Below are positions 38,639 through 51,000 of a stretch of DNA of 64,000 nt, in pieces. The notes beneath the pieces were generated by a model, which did not search any database, was not told where the DNA came from, and saw nothing but the letters and a program-made list of their open reading frames with translations. The stretch is from Tubulanus polymorphus (lineage: Eukaryota > Animalia > Nemertea): NCBI RefSeq assembly GCF_964204645.1, contig NC_134032.1:4054175-4118174 (forward strand). Reading direction: 5' to 3'. Every line of letters starts with the position of its first letter. Position 1 is the first letter of the stretch. Position numbers and translations under genes: made by a program.

Positions 38639-40571
38639 AATACTAAAATGAAAGCTCCTTGTACAAAGTTCACATGTAACCGATTCAAATTGTGGATTCA
38701 AAAAGCCCCTTTTGAAATACGAATTTCTCTGCGTTCGTTAGAAAGAAGATAGCTCATTTTCCTTAGGCCAAATTTTTTCCAATGCTGCTCCTAGATGCAA
38801 AGATTGTTCTTAAATCTTAACTGTCTTACGGATGTCAATGTGACTAGAACAAATATGGTTTTATGCAGCTGTCAATCTGCTCTCTCTGTAGCGACACAAC
38901 CCTCAGACCATCATCTTTCGAATGGCAAAAACTAGACGAGCACATTTTTCACAAAATGGCAAATGTCTGTCTAAAACTGATTGTTCAGACATGGCGCCCT
39001 AATTTATTTACAAAGAATGATATCTGGAGCACTGCCACAGGAGGTGGCGACACCTGGACGAATGCGTTTTGAGAAAATTATGAATGTTTGTCGAACCGTC
39101 TGGGTGGATTTGTACGGACAACAGGTTGATAGCTGGATGAGACTGGCATTAGATATAAGCCATGCCTAAGCTAAATCTAAATCGAATAGGACTGATGAAG
39201 TCCGGGGAATCTAATTTTTGCTGCATTGGATGACGAATAAATTATCTCTTTCCATTGGGGTAAAAAAAGAGTAATCTTTGATTCCGACAACCTTCGATGA
39301 AGTCTTTTGACATTCAGTCATTCTGTCCGTAGTCTGAATTGGGAACAACATATACTAAAAGTGGATTAATTTGTGTGCATACATGGAAATTCAAGCCAAG
39401 CTGCTACGGTCTATATTATCCGGATTGTCGTTGTTTACTTGTCGTTTCAAAAGCCTTTTTCCTGAATAAAGATCTACAGTAGAATAATGAAGTGGAGGAC
39501 TGCTGTTATAGTTTTTGGCCAACATATTTTAGAACCATCGCAATTATAATATAATATCGATTAGATTAGACGTACTCACGTGAACTCAAACACAAATCAG
39601 CGTTCACAAATCAATCATGTTAAGAGCAGCGTTAGGAATCAAACTTTGCTGTAACGATGTTCCAGTCGCCAAAGCCCGCCCTTATTATCCTAAACAACAA
39701 TCCGTTCGAACATCTACCCAAACGATTCTTGACAGAAGTTTCATTGATAAGTTATAATCAGTTATTTTCCCTGTGATATGTGACATTTTAAACTATCCTG
39801 GTCAGGTTAGTTCAGTCAACAGCAATCATTAGCACTGATCAGTTACCGAGAGGAAGCTCCGGAGTCCATTTTATATTTACTGGTATAGTCAGTCCGGTTG
39901 ATTAAAAGCTCCAAACGACTCGAATTTAGTACCAGGGAGTATTCTACTTGCGATTTTGTTCAGAAGAAGTGTATGGTATTGATTTCACTAAAAATTGATT
40001 TACGTATCGGAAAAGTTTGCTCGAATTGAATTATGGAAGGAAATTGCAAAGCGAAAACCCAGTACCACTAACGCCGGTATCACATTCGTCGAAACTTGCG
40101 GGCCGCGTCGCGCGGGTAGTTTAAATACGTGAATGAAGGATTACAAAATGATTTTGTATAATTTTCAGAATGGATTCGAATCCCACAAACAGCACAGTCC
40201 CTTAGCAACGAGCCGAATTTTTGGTTGAACTTTGTTATGGCTGTTGGTTGGCAGTGTGCCAAGAGTATGTTAAATCGCGGCACAAAATTTAGTGGTTATA
40301 CTAGCAAGTAGAATTGATGCGCGGAGGTCAGGCCAGTAAGTGAATCTAATATTTTTCGAGAAAAATGCGAAAATCAACAAAAATTCTTCGCTTTCTACAA
40401 GTTACTTGTCTGTAATCTGTAAATACAGTTCAACGTTAATTAAATATTATATTATGTTATTATTGTTTGTATTGTGGCTGAAAAATGGGTATCTACACTT
40501 CTCGAAGATAAACCTTTTTCCCTTTTTAAAAAAATCCAAGCCCAAATCCAAATCCAAGCCCATCGCCAAAC

Positions 40572-41359
40572 CACAGGGGTTTGGCGATGGGCTTGGATTT
40601 TATTCCGGGAGGTTGATAATCTCGCGAGAATGGCGCTAAATATGAACTGCGAATAAATTCAAAATATCACGGAAATACCTTGTGTTTATATTGTTTATTT
40701 ATCCGCTATAAAGTTTCGATAAACAATTGGTTGTTAAGAATCATTATCAGACGGTCGTCACGCTTTACTATATAAAATCACAAGGGATGAAACGCCAGGC
40801 CTCCGCTGTACTTAAATTTTCAGCCAGAAAGTTGGGACAGTCACGTGACATTCTGATGACGTCATCGCATTTAAAACTTCAACATGAAAAGTTAACATAT
40901 TCACAGACCGATATCAATTGTCAGATTATGATTCATATGAAATAAATAACTTATAAAGAATAAATTATGATGAAATATATAATTCATAGTCAAAAAATGC
41001 ATTTGAATGTAAGTTATTCTCAAACATTTTTCGTATCATAGTTTCCGTCTTATATGCTTCAGGTTCGCGTTCAGTCAAATGAGAAGCGTTAAGTTACGTG
41101 ACTGTCCCAACTTTCTGGCTGGCACGACTTGAACTGCGTTTCATCCCTTGTGATTTTATATAGTAAAGCGTGACGACCGTCTGATAATGATTCTTAACAA
41201 CCAATTGTTTATCGAAACTTTATAGCGGATAAATAAACAATATAAACACAAGGTATTTCCGTGATATTTTGAATTTATTCGCAGTTCATATTTAGCGCCA
41301 TTCTCGCGAGATTATCAACAACCCGGAATAAAATCCAAGCCCATTGCCAAACCCCTGTG
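40572..41359. mobile_element. P-superfamily-like non-autonomous foldback element, ~220-bp TIRs, 8-bp TSD CGCCAAAC
   Basis: CACAGGGG...CCCCTGTG ends with nearly identical arms. CGCCAAAC occurs at 40564-40571 and 41360-41367. Confidence 0.9.
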
Positions 41360-42345
41360 CGCCAAACCCCTGTGTGTGTAACCAAAGACAGTAGAAACGA
41401 AAATGGAACAGGCGGGGCTCCACGCACTCCGACGTGAACTATGTAGCGTTGCGTACATAGTTCACTTAGGGATTTAGGTCAATTTCTTGGATGTTACTAT
41501 GAATTAGGCGTTATGCGTTTTCCGATTCGGTGTTTTTCATTAGGCGTTTTTCGAATACCGGTTTATACCCGAAGATATGCAGTTGGATAGATCTTTTTGT
41601 TTCGAAAAGTTGTCCGATTCGTGTGAAATATGGGGCTCGCATGCGACAGTAAAAACGGTACTTGTGTAAGTAAGTGAACTTCATGATTGATATTTTCACT
41701 AATCTACTTGAATTCCAAAAAAGAACTGACAATGAAAAAGGGTTACAGCTGTGACTGATATCACTCCAAATTTCAATTCCTATGAACACTTTTCATATAA
41801 AGAAAACTATCAACGACGGTCATCCTTATTACCGAGATGATGTATTTTACCGAGATGACAGTTTTTAGAAGCCGACTAATGATGAATCCGCGGTCCAACA
41901 GATTTTCATTTCGCGACCCGGTGTATCGGTACAGTATGGTCAAATACACACCAGCAATTGTTTTTGACATATTGAAGTCGCCCATTAAAGCAATAGTCAA
42001 TGTAGGAATTTTCAATGGCGAATCCTTTCTAGTTTCACACCAAACACCATCTTCACCCTCGGCAGGCGGCGTTCAGACCCTGGCAGGTGAGGATGCCGTG
42101 GAGCGGATTCGGTCAATTTCAAATTGCCGGAGCAAACCTTATTTCGTCATGGCGGCTGAAATGAATCATGCTAGAAAACTGAGAAACATTTCCTAATAAC
42201 TCTGGCTCTAATAAGGTAAATAGAAAGCGGAGGAGACCAGCTGTAAGCTGAACAGATTAAGATATAAGTTTCTCGTTTGGGAAGATGTGCTTTTTGTTGT
42301 AGGCCTATAATGGTGTATTAATTCACGAATTCCTGGTTGAATGGG

Positions 42346-44553
42346 ACAGTCAGGAACACTTTCCAAAAACGGCTTAATTCTGCCAATTTCGGCGTTTTCC
42401 GCCAATTACGGCAGAATCAGCCGTTTATGGATCACTCAGTTTTGAAACTTTCACAGTCGTTTATGGCTTAATCAGCCAGTTTCAGCTCACTAAGTTTCGA
42501 GTTTTGCTCACAGGGGCTTGTAAACTGGCTTGGATTTTACTTCCAGGTTGTTGATAATCTCGCGAGAATGGCGCTAAATTTAAACTGCAAATAAATTCAA
42601 AATATCACAGAAATACCTCTTGTTGATGTTGTTTATTTATCCACTATAGAGTTTCGATAAACAATTGGCTGTTAAGGATCAGTATCAGCGGGTGCGACGC
42701 CTTACTATATTAAAATAACAAGGGATGAAATGGCTTCGCTTTTGCCTGTGACCGTATTGATGCGGCGGAAACCACTGCGCATGCGCGGCAACTTCCGAGC
42801 GCTAGTGAGCTGTCAATCAAACTACACATTATAGTTTTTCTACATCAATTCAAAAATTGATAATTTCCTTAGAAGTGCGATTGCCTTGGCTTGACATAGG
42901 TTTTTGAGAAGAATCAATTGAACTTGAACTGATCTTAACCTTTCGGAAAGTTGCCGCGCATGCGCAGTGGTTTCCGCCGCATCAATACGGTCACAGGCTA
43001 AAGCGAAGCCGTTTCATCCCTTGTTATTTTAATATAGTAAGGCGTCGCACCCGCTGATACTGATCCTTAACAGCTAATTGTTTATCGAAACTCTATAAAT
43101 AAACAACATCAACAAGAGGTTATTCTGTGATATTTTGAATTTATTTGCAGTTTGAATTTAGCGCCATTCTCGCGAGATTATCAACAACCTGGAAGTAGCC
43201 TAAAATCCAAGCCAGTTAACAAGCCCCTGTGGTTTTGCTTTAGTCTTTTGCGCACTTCCGGTTCATTTAGCGCATGTTGCCGATGACGTCATAATCTCGA
43301 GCAGACGATAAGCTTTCATATGACGCTAGGATGGAAATTTTTGAGCTAGGTAAAGTGGTAAAATTTACGTTTTTCTAAATGATTACGTCATATGAAGCCA
43401 AAAAACTCCTGGAAAACTCTCAAAACTACTACAGCATGAAACAAGTTTATTAATCATGATTTTTGGTAAAAATAAATTTGGGAACTAGTTTTAAAAACTA
43501 TTATAAAGTTTTCAAGTAAACGTTGCCATGGGTACACATAAAAACATTCGCCATTTCTGGCGTATTCCGCCGTTTTTGGCGTAGTTAGTTTTATAATCAT
43601 AAACTATTAAGCCATTATTGGCAGTCCACTTGTTATATATGAGGATTCCCCCACCCACTTAGACGTTTTCCCTAGTGTCTACACGGTACCTTTGTTCGGA
43701 ATAAAATAATTAATTTGCTGAGGTGAACGGATGTGTAAATATTATATGTTAAAAATAGAAAAAAAAATTATTATTATAATTATCATTCTCATAAGACAAA
43801 TCAATCATGGATGTATAAACTAGTGTATCAAAAATCTAGTTTTAAGTTTTGCCCATGGTCTTATCTTGCCTAATAAAGCATAGAATGGTTGAGGGATATA
43901 TTGGACTGCATATGATGTTGGTTAATTGAAGGTAATTAACATCTTCGATGCCTCCAAGCTAATTGGACTTGTGATGGATAGTGATTGAATGAATTGGTGG
44001 CCGATGACGTTACAACTCAAAATCAATACAGCTGTATCTAGACTCATTTCAAAATACAACAAACATTTTCGAAACAATTTGGGATACATGTATGTATATA
44101 TTTATTACATAGAATACAGGTATACAGAAGAACAGAATTCAAATACATTTGCCATCGGAAACCCGTACATTTATATTTAAATCTTTCTTGAAGCCTGGAA
44201 TGGATCAATGAGATTAATTTTTCGGCGCAAATATACAAATGTATGCCAGCAGAAAAGCGATGATGTCATAATAGGGACTCCCATCGAACTAAGCACTATA
44301 AATAGCACCTGTAAAACTATCTAAGCTAAAAACGCCGTTTCTGACGATGTAGTTTAAAAAACTGTAACAGCTGAAAATGGCGGAAATGGCGTTTTTTAAG
44401 AACAAGCCAAAAATGGCAGAAAACGCCGATTTCGGTTAAATTGGCAGAAGCAGTTTAAAACTGAGTAATCCATAAATGTCTGATTCTGCTGTTATTGGCG
44501 GAAAACGCCGAAATTGGCAGAATAAGCCGTTTTTGGAAAGTGTTCCTGACTGT
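42346..44553. mobile_element. Non-autonomous TIR element (ACAGTCAGGAACACTTTCC ends), related to the Academ-like relic
   Basis: ~100-bp TIRs at 42346-42445 and 44455-44553, flanked by GGG on both sides. Internal 43455-43585 is the reverse complement of 15060-15190, upstream of the Academ-like ORFs. Confidence 0.75.
42509..43231. mobile_element. Second P-like foldback element, ~290-bp arms, 8-bp TSD GTTTTGCT, nested in the 42346-44553 element
   Basis: CACAGGGG at 42509 and CCCCTGTG ending at 43231. GTTTTGCT occurs at 42501-42508 and 43232-43239. Confidence 0.92.
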
Positions 44554-44774
44554 GGGATGTGGATGAAAACCTATTCAATTCAACAATAGCCATAATAGGC
44601 CTATTGTCAGGATATCATATTTAAACGATCGCAGTGGATATTTTACCATATACGGCAGAGTATTTATTTCTGCTATTTACTGTACATCGTTGCTGATTGG
44701 CTGATTTACGCCGCGCATGCGCACAGAGGTGCGTGTCTTCAAGGAAAGTGTCGAGAACAGAGTTAGAGAAAATC

Positions 44775-44845
44775 GGATGGAGCGGACTCGATCCCGGGCC
44801 AGTAAATAACTAGCGCAGCGTCATACCACTAGACCGCTTAGTCAG
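44775..44845 (-). repeat. tRNA-like (Pol III A/B box) segment
   Basis: On the minus strand: GCGGTCTAGTGGTATGACG...CCCGGGATCGAGTCCGC. A related copy lies at 47000-47065. Confidence 0.5.
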
Positions 44846-46212
44846 TATCCTGACTGTGGTTTAGTTTCACGATCGGATATTTTCACAAACCACAGTCAGG
44901 AATGGGAAGGTCATTTTTGTATGCAATCTTCCTCAGCCAATTTGACTGACGAGTAATTTGGCTGGCATTTCATTGTCTCTTAAGATATCCGTCAAATTTT
45001 TGTTGTAATCAACGCACAACAGATTCGTAGTTTGTCTGATACCTATAACACCTCACCTGACGATCTTAATCCATGTGCAAATCGGCCATAAAGTGAGAGT
45101 AAATTCAACGGTGGCCATTTTGAAAACGTGTGCATGGTAGGCCTACTGGCACCTGTGGACTGAGGCCAGGTCCACAACACAACTAATGAAACAAAACGAC
45201 GAAATTGAAAACATAAAGAAATCAACTCTTTTCACATTTTTCTTTAACCAGAATTTATTTTTACATTTTTTATCGGCCTAATGGAAAACACGAAGATTTG
45301 AAATATAAGTTGGAAAACCATCAAAAATAGAAATTGTCGTTTCGTCCTGGAAGTTTTATATAAATCCTTGTAGGTCACCTAGTCTATCATGCCACATGTA
45401 TGCAATACACAGAAATGGCGGCTAATGGCGAAATTTGTGAAGAAATTTATTAATTTCTCAAAATAATGATGATTAATCGCTCGAAACATACATAAAAATT
45501 GGATTAGGCCTATTTCAAAAGGTACCTGTGTTAGTTTGTGAATTAAGCCATCAATTGTGGACTGAAGTGAATGGAAAGTATGTTTTTGAAGTGTTACTTT
45601 TTTCAACCGTGTTTTGGCCCTTGTCATCCCTAACGTTGGTATAAGCTCATCCGATTATTAAAAGCTTACCACCAATGATTAGGTAGGCCTAACTAACTAT
45701 AGACCACTAAGCTCGCTGAAAAACATAGAATGTTTTAACTATCTATATATAGTACCTCACCTTACCCTAATCCTACCTATCCCTAGGGTTAAAACGGAAC
45801 CCTCTGGACCCTCTTCTCACCTTCTCGTCTCGACACTTATCCTATCGAAACCCTAACCCTAAAACCAATATAATGATTTTATTGTTACTTTTTATTAGTT
45901 GATACTATAAATATATATGTTTTGTACGGTAAAATAGCGGAAATAAATACTTTGCCGTATACGGTTAAATATCCACTTCGTTAAAGGATTGCGCATGACG
46001 ATGTATAGTGAGTAAAATATCGCTCATTGAAAACTTGAAGCGAGAGATTTCATTGCAAATGAACTAGAACATAGCAGATATAGGTTCCAATTTCCGGTTC
46101 TGACAAAGGCCATCAAACGAGTAATTCAAGAACTTGAATTTGTCGACATCCCGTATTGGGCAGGTGATATTTTGCCAATGGCGCGTTCTGATTGGCTAAT
46201 TGATGCCGACTT

Positions 46213-46954
46213 CAGGGCTTCTAGTGGTCCTATTTTCCAATTTTTTACTGCTTGTCCTATTTTTATATGAAAAAGTCCTATTTGTCCAATTTTCTCTCAT
46301 TTTCCAGCTCGTCGATCACTTTTTATTGACAAAAATGTTCTTTATATCTTTTCATATGATGTGCAACACCATTTTGAGTGTTTGGTAGAACCTGCAGCAT
46401 TCATGTTCGGTAAGTCCTGGCTATATAACTTCTTTTCTAATCTTTATATCCTAACATGCCCAATCATTTTGTTCCAAATGTCACATGTTGCAGTGCAACT
46501 GGGCTTTGGCTATAGGCCTATGGGGGTTACAATCATGTATAACCAGAGGTAGTCGAGAAGTCAATCTCTTTTCATCCAAACATTTCGTTATATCAGGGTT
46601 CTTTATAACGAGGCTCCACTGTAGATAAGATTTTGAATAGTAATACCGTGATACCTGTATTTACCGGGTACCTCACTGCAATGTATTATGAGTTGCTGCT
46701 GTCAATCAGTTAATTGTGAAATGTTTCTTTCGAAAAAAAAGAAATGAAAAAATGTAATGAATTAATTTTGTTTTCTAGTTTCAGATTACTGAAGTTCATT
46801 CAAGACATCTATGAATATGATGCTGCAGGTTGTATCCTCTCTTGATATATTAAAGTCCTATTTTCTGATGGATATCCTATTTATTCTGTGAAATTTTCCT
46901 ATTTCTGGACACTCTTCCTATTTATGTTTATGGACCAGATCACTGGAACCCCTG
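46213..46954. mobile_element. hAT-like non-autonomous element with 6-bp TSD CGACTT
   Basis: CAGGGCTTCTAGTG...CACTGGAACCCCTG termini with subterminal TCCTATTT repeats. CGACTT occurs at 46207-46212 and 46955-46960. Confidence 0.8.
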
Positions 46955-46999
46955 CGACTTAGAAAATTCAAGGAAAGTTTGGTGGAAAATAGCAGCATA

Positions 47000-47065
47000 G
47001 AGTGGGATTCCAACCCGGACCAGCAGAAAGCTAGCCTAACGTCTTTCCACTAGACCACCGATCTC
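47000..47065 (-). repeat. tRNA-like (Pol III A/B box) segment, second copy
   Basis: On the minus strand: GGTGGTCTAGTGGAAAGACG...CCGGGTTGGAATCCCA. Confidence 0.5.
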
Positions 47066-47487
47066 ACTCAAAACCACCCGTAAGTTTTTCACTGTCAAGT
47101 TCTCACCTTACCCTAACCCTATCCCTAGGGGTAAAAACGGACCCTTAACCTCACCCTTACGCTAACCCTATGGAAAACCCTAGTGAGTGAAGTGCATCTG
47201 TTTTCCTGAATAGGCCTATGATAGAATTAGGCCTATCTAACGTATTGTAGGAACCCTGTTAAGTAGACCTATGGCCATACTGGGTCCAATGTTGTTGGAA
47301 TTCTGACTCACAATTGTGGAACTGGACCAAGGCCTACTGATTATCAAGTTTAAATTTCAACTTAGGCCTAATTTTTTTCGCCTTGGACTTGGAGACAATC
47401 TGCTCTTGGCAATGTAGTCAATGTTTGGTGGTATTTAATGCATCAATTCTGGTTTTTGTTGGCTTGATTCATTTTTGATTATCAATT

Positions 47488-48897
47488 ACACATGTATCTA
47501 CCCTAGACACATCTTCAGCCCAAAAACTGGCCCTGTCAGAATCAAGATGGCCGACTGGCAACCATTGTTGTTCGCCAAAATCAGCACTTTTTACACATTT
47601 TTGAACTTTTTGAGGGAAATTTTGAAGACGCTTCGATCAATTACCTTGATCTTTCGATTATATTTGAATCTACCAAGGGCCCATCAGCATAAGAAAAATT
47701 GGGTTGATCGGATTCAAGATGGTCGTCCTATGACCTTTTTAGTGCCCAAAAATGTCAATTTTGGCCGGAATTCTGGGTCCTGTAGCTTCCTACTGGTTTG
47801 CCATTTCTCATTGCAATTTGTGATGGGTATTCTTTAGAAAGGGATGTTTTATACCTGAGACAGGTATTTTTGATCAGCCAATTATGACGCAATTGGAAAG
47901 TTGTAGCCCAAAACGTGTTCTATAGCCTAGCGCACATCGAAACTGCGATTGGAGACAACTAGTTGCAAGGCAGTTTTCGGCGCATGAGAGGAACTGGCTG
48001 GATACGATCAGTTGCTTGAATGTGTCGATGTGAGCGAGCTTACGATTGGTAAGCGTCGATCTATCTCCAGTTCCAGCCAGTTGCCCATGTTCTACTTTTG
48101 AGCAACTGGTTGTACTCAATCGCAGTCATATCCGTCGATGTGCGCGCTCTGGATCTCGACGATCGACACACGCCATGCAGTTGCTGCAACTGACCGGTTG
48201 TAACTAGATTTCGATGTGCGCGGGGTAATCGTTCGGTAGCAACTAGTTGTCTCCAATCGCAGTGTCGATGTGCGCTAGGCTCATGATTTCAAAGAATTTC
48301 AAGGTCATTGGTTTTTTGTATATGGCCACCGGGGGGTGTTGAATAATACAATATCTTAGCATTTCTTTATTAAGTAGCCTAACTAGTGTTTCTATATTAT
48401 ATTCGTACCTATGCATATTTTGTAACCACAATCAATTGGAAAGTTGTAGCTCATGACATCATCTATGATTGTTGTGAGTTTTAAGGACATTAGTTATTCT
48501 ATATGGTCACCAGGGGGCGTTGAATAGTAGAATAACTTAGTATTTCCTTATTATATTGGTACCTAGGCATATTTTGTTACCATGATCAATTGCAAGGATG
48601 TAGTTCGACATGTTCGATGATTGTTGTGAGTCCAGGTCGTTGGGTTTTTATTATGGTCACCAGGGCGCTTGAATAGTAGGATAACTTACTATTTCCATAT
48701 TATATTGGTGACGAGGCATATTTTGTTACCACAATGAATTACAAAATTGTAGCTGCTGACATGTTCTATGATTTTGGTGAGTTTCAAAGTCATGGGTTTT
48801 TGTATATGGTCACCAGGGGGCCTTGAAATTGAAATTGTTAGATTGTTGAGCATTTCGAACCTCTTCCCAAGTGGGCATGGTGTCCCTGGACCCCTAG
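47488..48897 (+). mobile_element. 5'-truncated Helentron-type non-autonomous element (HINE/DINE-1-like) with ~150-bp internal tandem units
   Basis: Colinear with 53862-54955 and ends in TCCCAAGTGGGCATGGTGTCCCTGGACCCCTAG-TT. Additional 3' ends terminate at 49257 and 49577. Confidence 0.85.
47924..48281. mobile_element. Harbinger-like MITE nested in the Helentron-type element
   Basis: ~45-bp TIR AGCCTAGCGCACATCGA...GCGATTGGAGACAACTAGTTGC. It interrupts the host unit sequence TTCTATGATT. Confidence 0.85.
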
Positions 48898-49921
48898 TTT
48901 TTCTGCTGTTATTTTGAGGCATTCTATTTTTAAATCCCTTAATATTCATTTACTTTCATAGGATTTTATATTTCTACAGATTCCGTTGTTGTTTTCAGGA
49001 TGTACTTGTTTTTCTATTTTCGTAGTAATTTAGTAAGTAGCCTAACTTAGTGTTTCTATATTATATTCGTACCTATGCATATTTTGTTACCACAATCAAT
49101 TGCAAAGTTGTAGCTCATGACATCGTCTATGATTGTGGTGAGTTTAGAGGACATTAGTTATTCTATATGGTCACCAGAGGGTGTTAAATATTAAATTTTT
49201 TAGATTGTTGAGCATTTGACCACTTCCCAAGTGGGCATGCTGTCCCTGGACCCCTAGTTGTTTGAGTCATCATCTGATTCACACGGATTTTCTGGTTGTG
49301 TTGATATTGACCTTTTCGTTTTGATTCCCGCCGGTATCACATCAGAACATACAGTAGGAAGAGAATAAGTTTCTATCAACCCAACATCAATCAGATTTAC
49401 CTGAGGATAATATTTAGAATTTATCATTTTTGATGGACATTTCCGTTTGACATACTTTTTAGCTCTGCTGTGACCAAATGAGCTTCCGTCTTTGTCCTCA
49501 TGAACTAAAATTCTGTCAGGGTTGTTGGAGCATTTGAAACCACCTTCCGAGTAGGCATGGTGTCCCTGGACCCCTAGTTAAGAGTACCTGCTTGTTGCAG
49601 TCCCTCAGAAATGCTGCCTTTTTCAACCTGAATAGACATGATGTTAACTGTGCAGTTGGATCTGTCACACCCTTGGCATGTTGCAGGAAGTTTGAGTCCT
49701 ATCCCCTATCTAGATACATTCGATCTCCACATGACCTTGAAGGTCAGGTATGTTGATGTCACCAGAACTTTGGGCCAAAGGGCTTTCTCACTGTCAGGTT
49801 CACTTGCGGTCGTGTCCGGGCTGGAAACTCACGTTACCATATCCAATCTCGACCTGGTGACCTTTTACGCGGTGCTTGTCTCGGATATGACCCCTACTCC
49901 TGAAAAACACATTCAATCAAA

Positions 49922-51000
49922 ATAAATTCCCATCCCACATGGGTCCATCAAACGTATTAGTACATACCATTTGTATACTCAACACTTTCCTTTGAAGGAC
50001 ATCTGTCAGCCAATGCACAGGTCGCTCGGCATTCATTGATCGTTGAAATCTGGCATAATTGTCAACCATAATCCTTGTATTGCCGATATTAACCGGCATG
50101 TGTTTTAATGTTCACAATTCCCTGCAGTTGTTGCAGGTTGATGTCTGTTTTCAGACAATTATAGTGATACCAGTTGCCACAATAATCGCACTCCACCATA
50201 CGATCCCCATCGTTTAGTTCCTGACAGTAGCAATATTTGATATTTTTTTATTCTGTATAAATATTTTATTACTGAATATTTACTGAATTTATATTTTATA
50301 TTCTGTTGCGAAACTCCAATGCACAATAACTGCGGGCGACCAATATCACCTGATGCATCAGCACCCATAAATGATGTTACAATGAGCAGTTTGGGCAGAT
50401 GAAATATTTTTCCTACATATCCGACTAATCCTGTTTCACGCCGACTCTTGTGTTGCACACTAGGGACATGGCGTTAGCAGCGCCTGCGTTTTTTTTCGCA
50501 GTTACCATAGCTGTCATCATGTCATCAACATCATAAAGTTCGTGATGAAGCAACGTTTTTCCTGGCAATCATACGTGATAAGAAGTTTTGTCAATATTTG
50601 GCGCAAAAACATCACAGTCAAACATGATACCCCAGGAAAGAGTTCATTAACAATTTAAATCAAAATGTCCATAAATTCCCATCCCACATGAAAAGTATCG
50701 GTACATACTATTTGTATACTCAACAATTGATCTTTAATCGAGAGGGTTTTCCTTTGAACGACATCTGTCACCCAATGCACAGGTCGCTCGGCATCCATGG
50801 ATTGTTGAAATCTGGCATAACTTGTTGACAAAAATCCTTATATTGTCGATATTAACCGGCATGTGTTTTTTATGTCCACAATTCCCTGTTTTTTGCTGGT
50901 TGATGTCTGTTTTCAGACATCTATAGTGATACCAGTTGCTACAATAATCGCACTCCACCATACGATCCCCATCAGTAAGTTCCTGACAGTAGCAATATTC
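49922..51000 (-). pseudogene. Duplicated PHD-finger-coding segment (~310-bp direct repeats at 49922-50235 and 50672-51000)
   Basis: The minus strand of the second copy reads YCYCQELTDGDRMVECDYCSNWYHYRCL. The first copy is nearly identical (MVECDYCGNWYHYNCL) with an indel. Confidence 0.75.

Noticed and set aside
41434-41465. 12-bp stem hairpin GTGAACTATGTA/TACATAGTTCAC as a terminator or Helitron end
   Set aside because: Isolated, with no U-tract and no properly placed CTRR end. Function unsupported.
45755-45865. Interstitial telomere
   Set aside because: Only scattered CCCTAA-like units inside a dispersed repeat also seen at 47101-47182.
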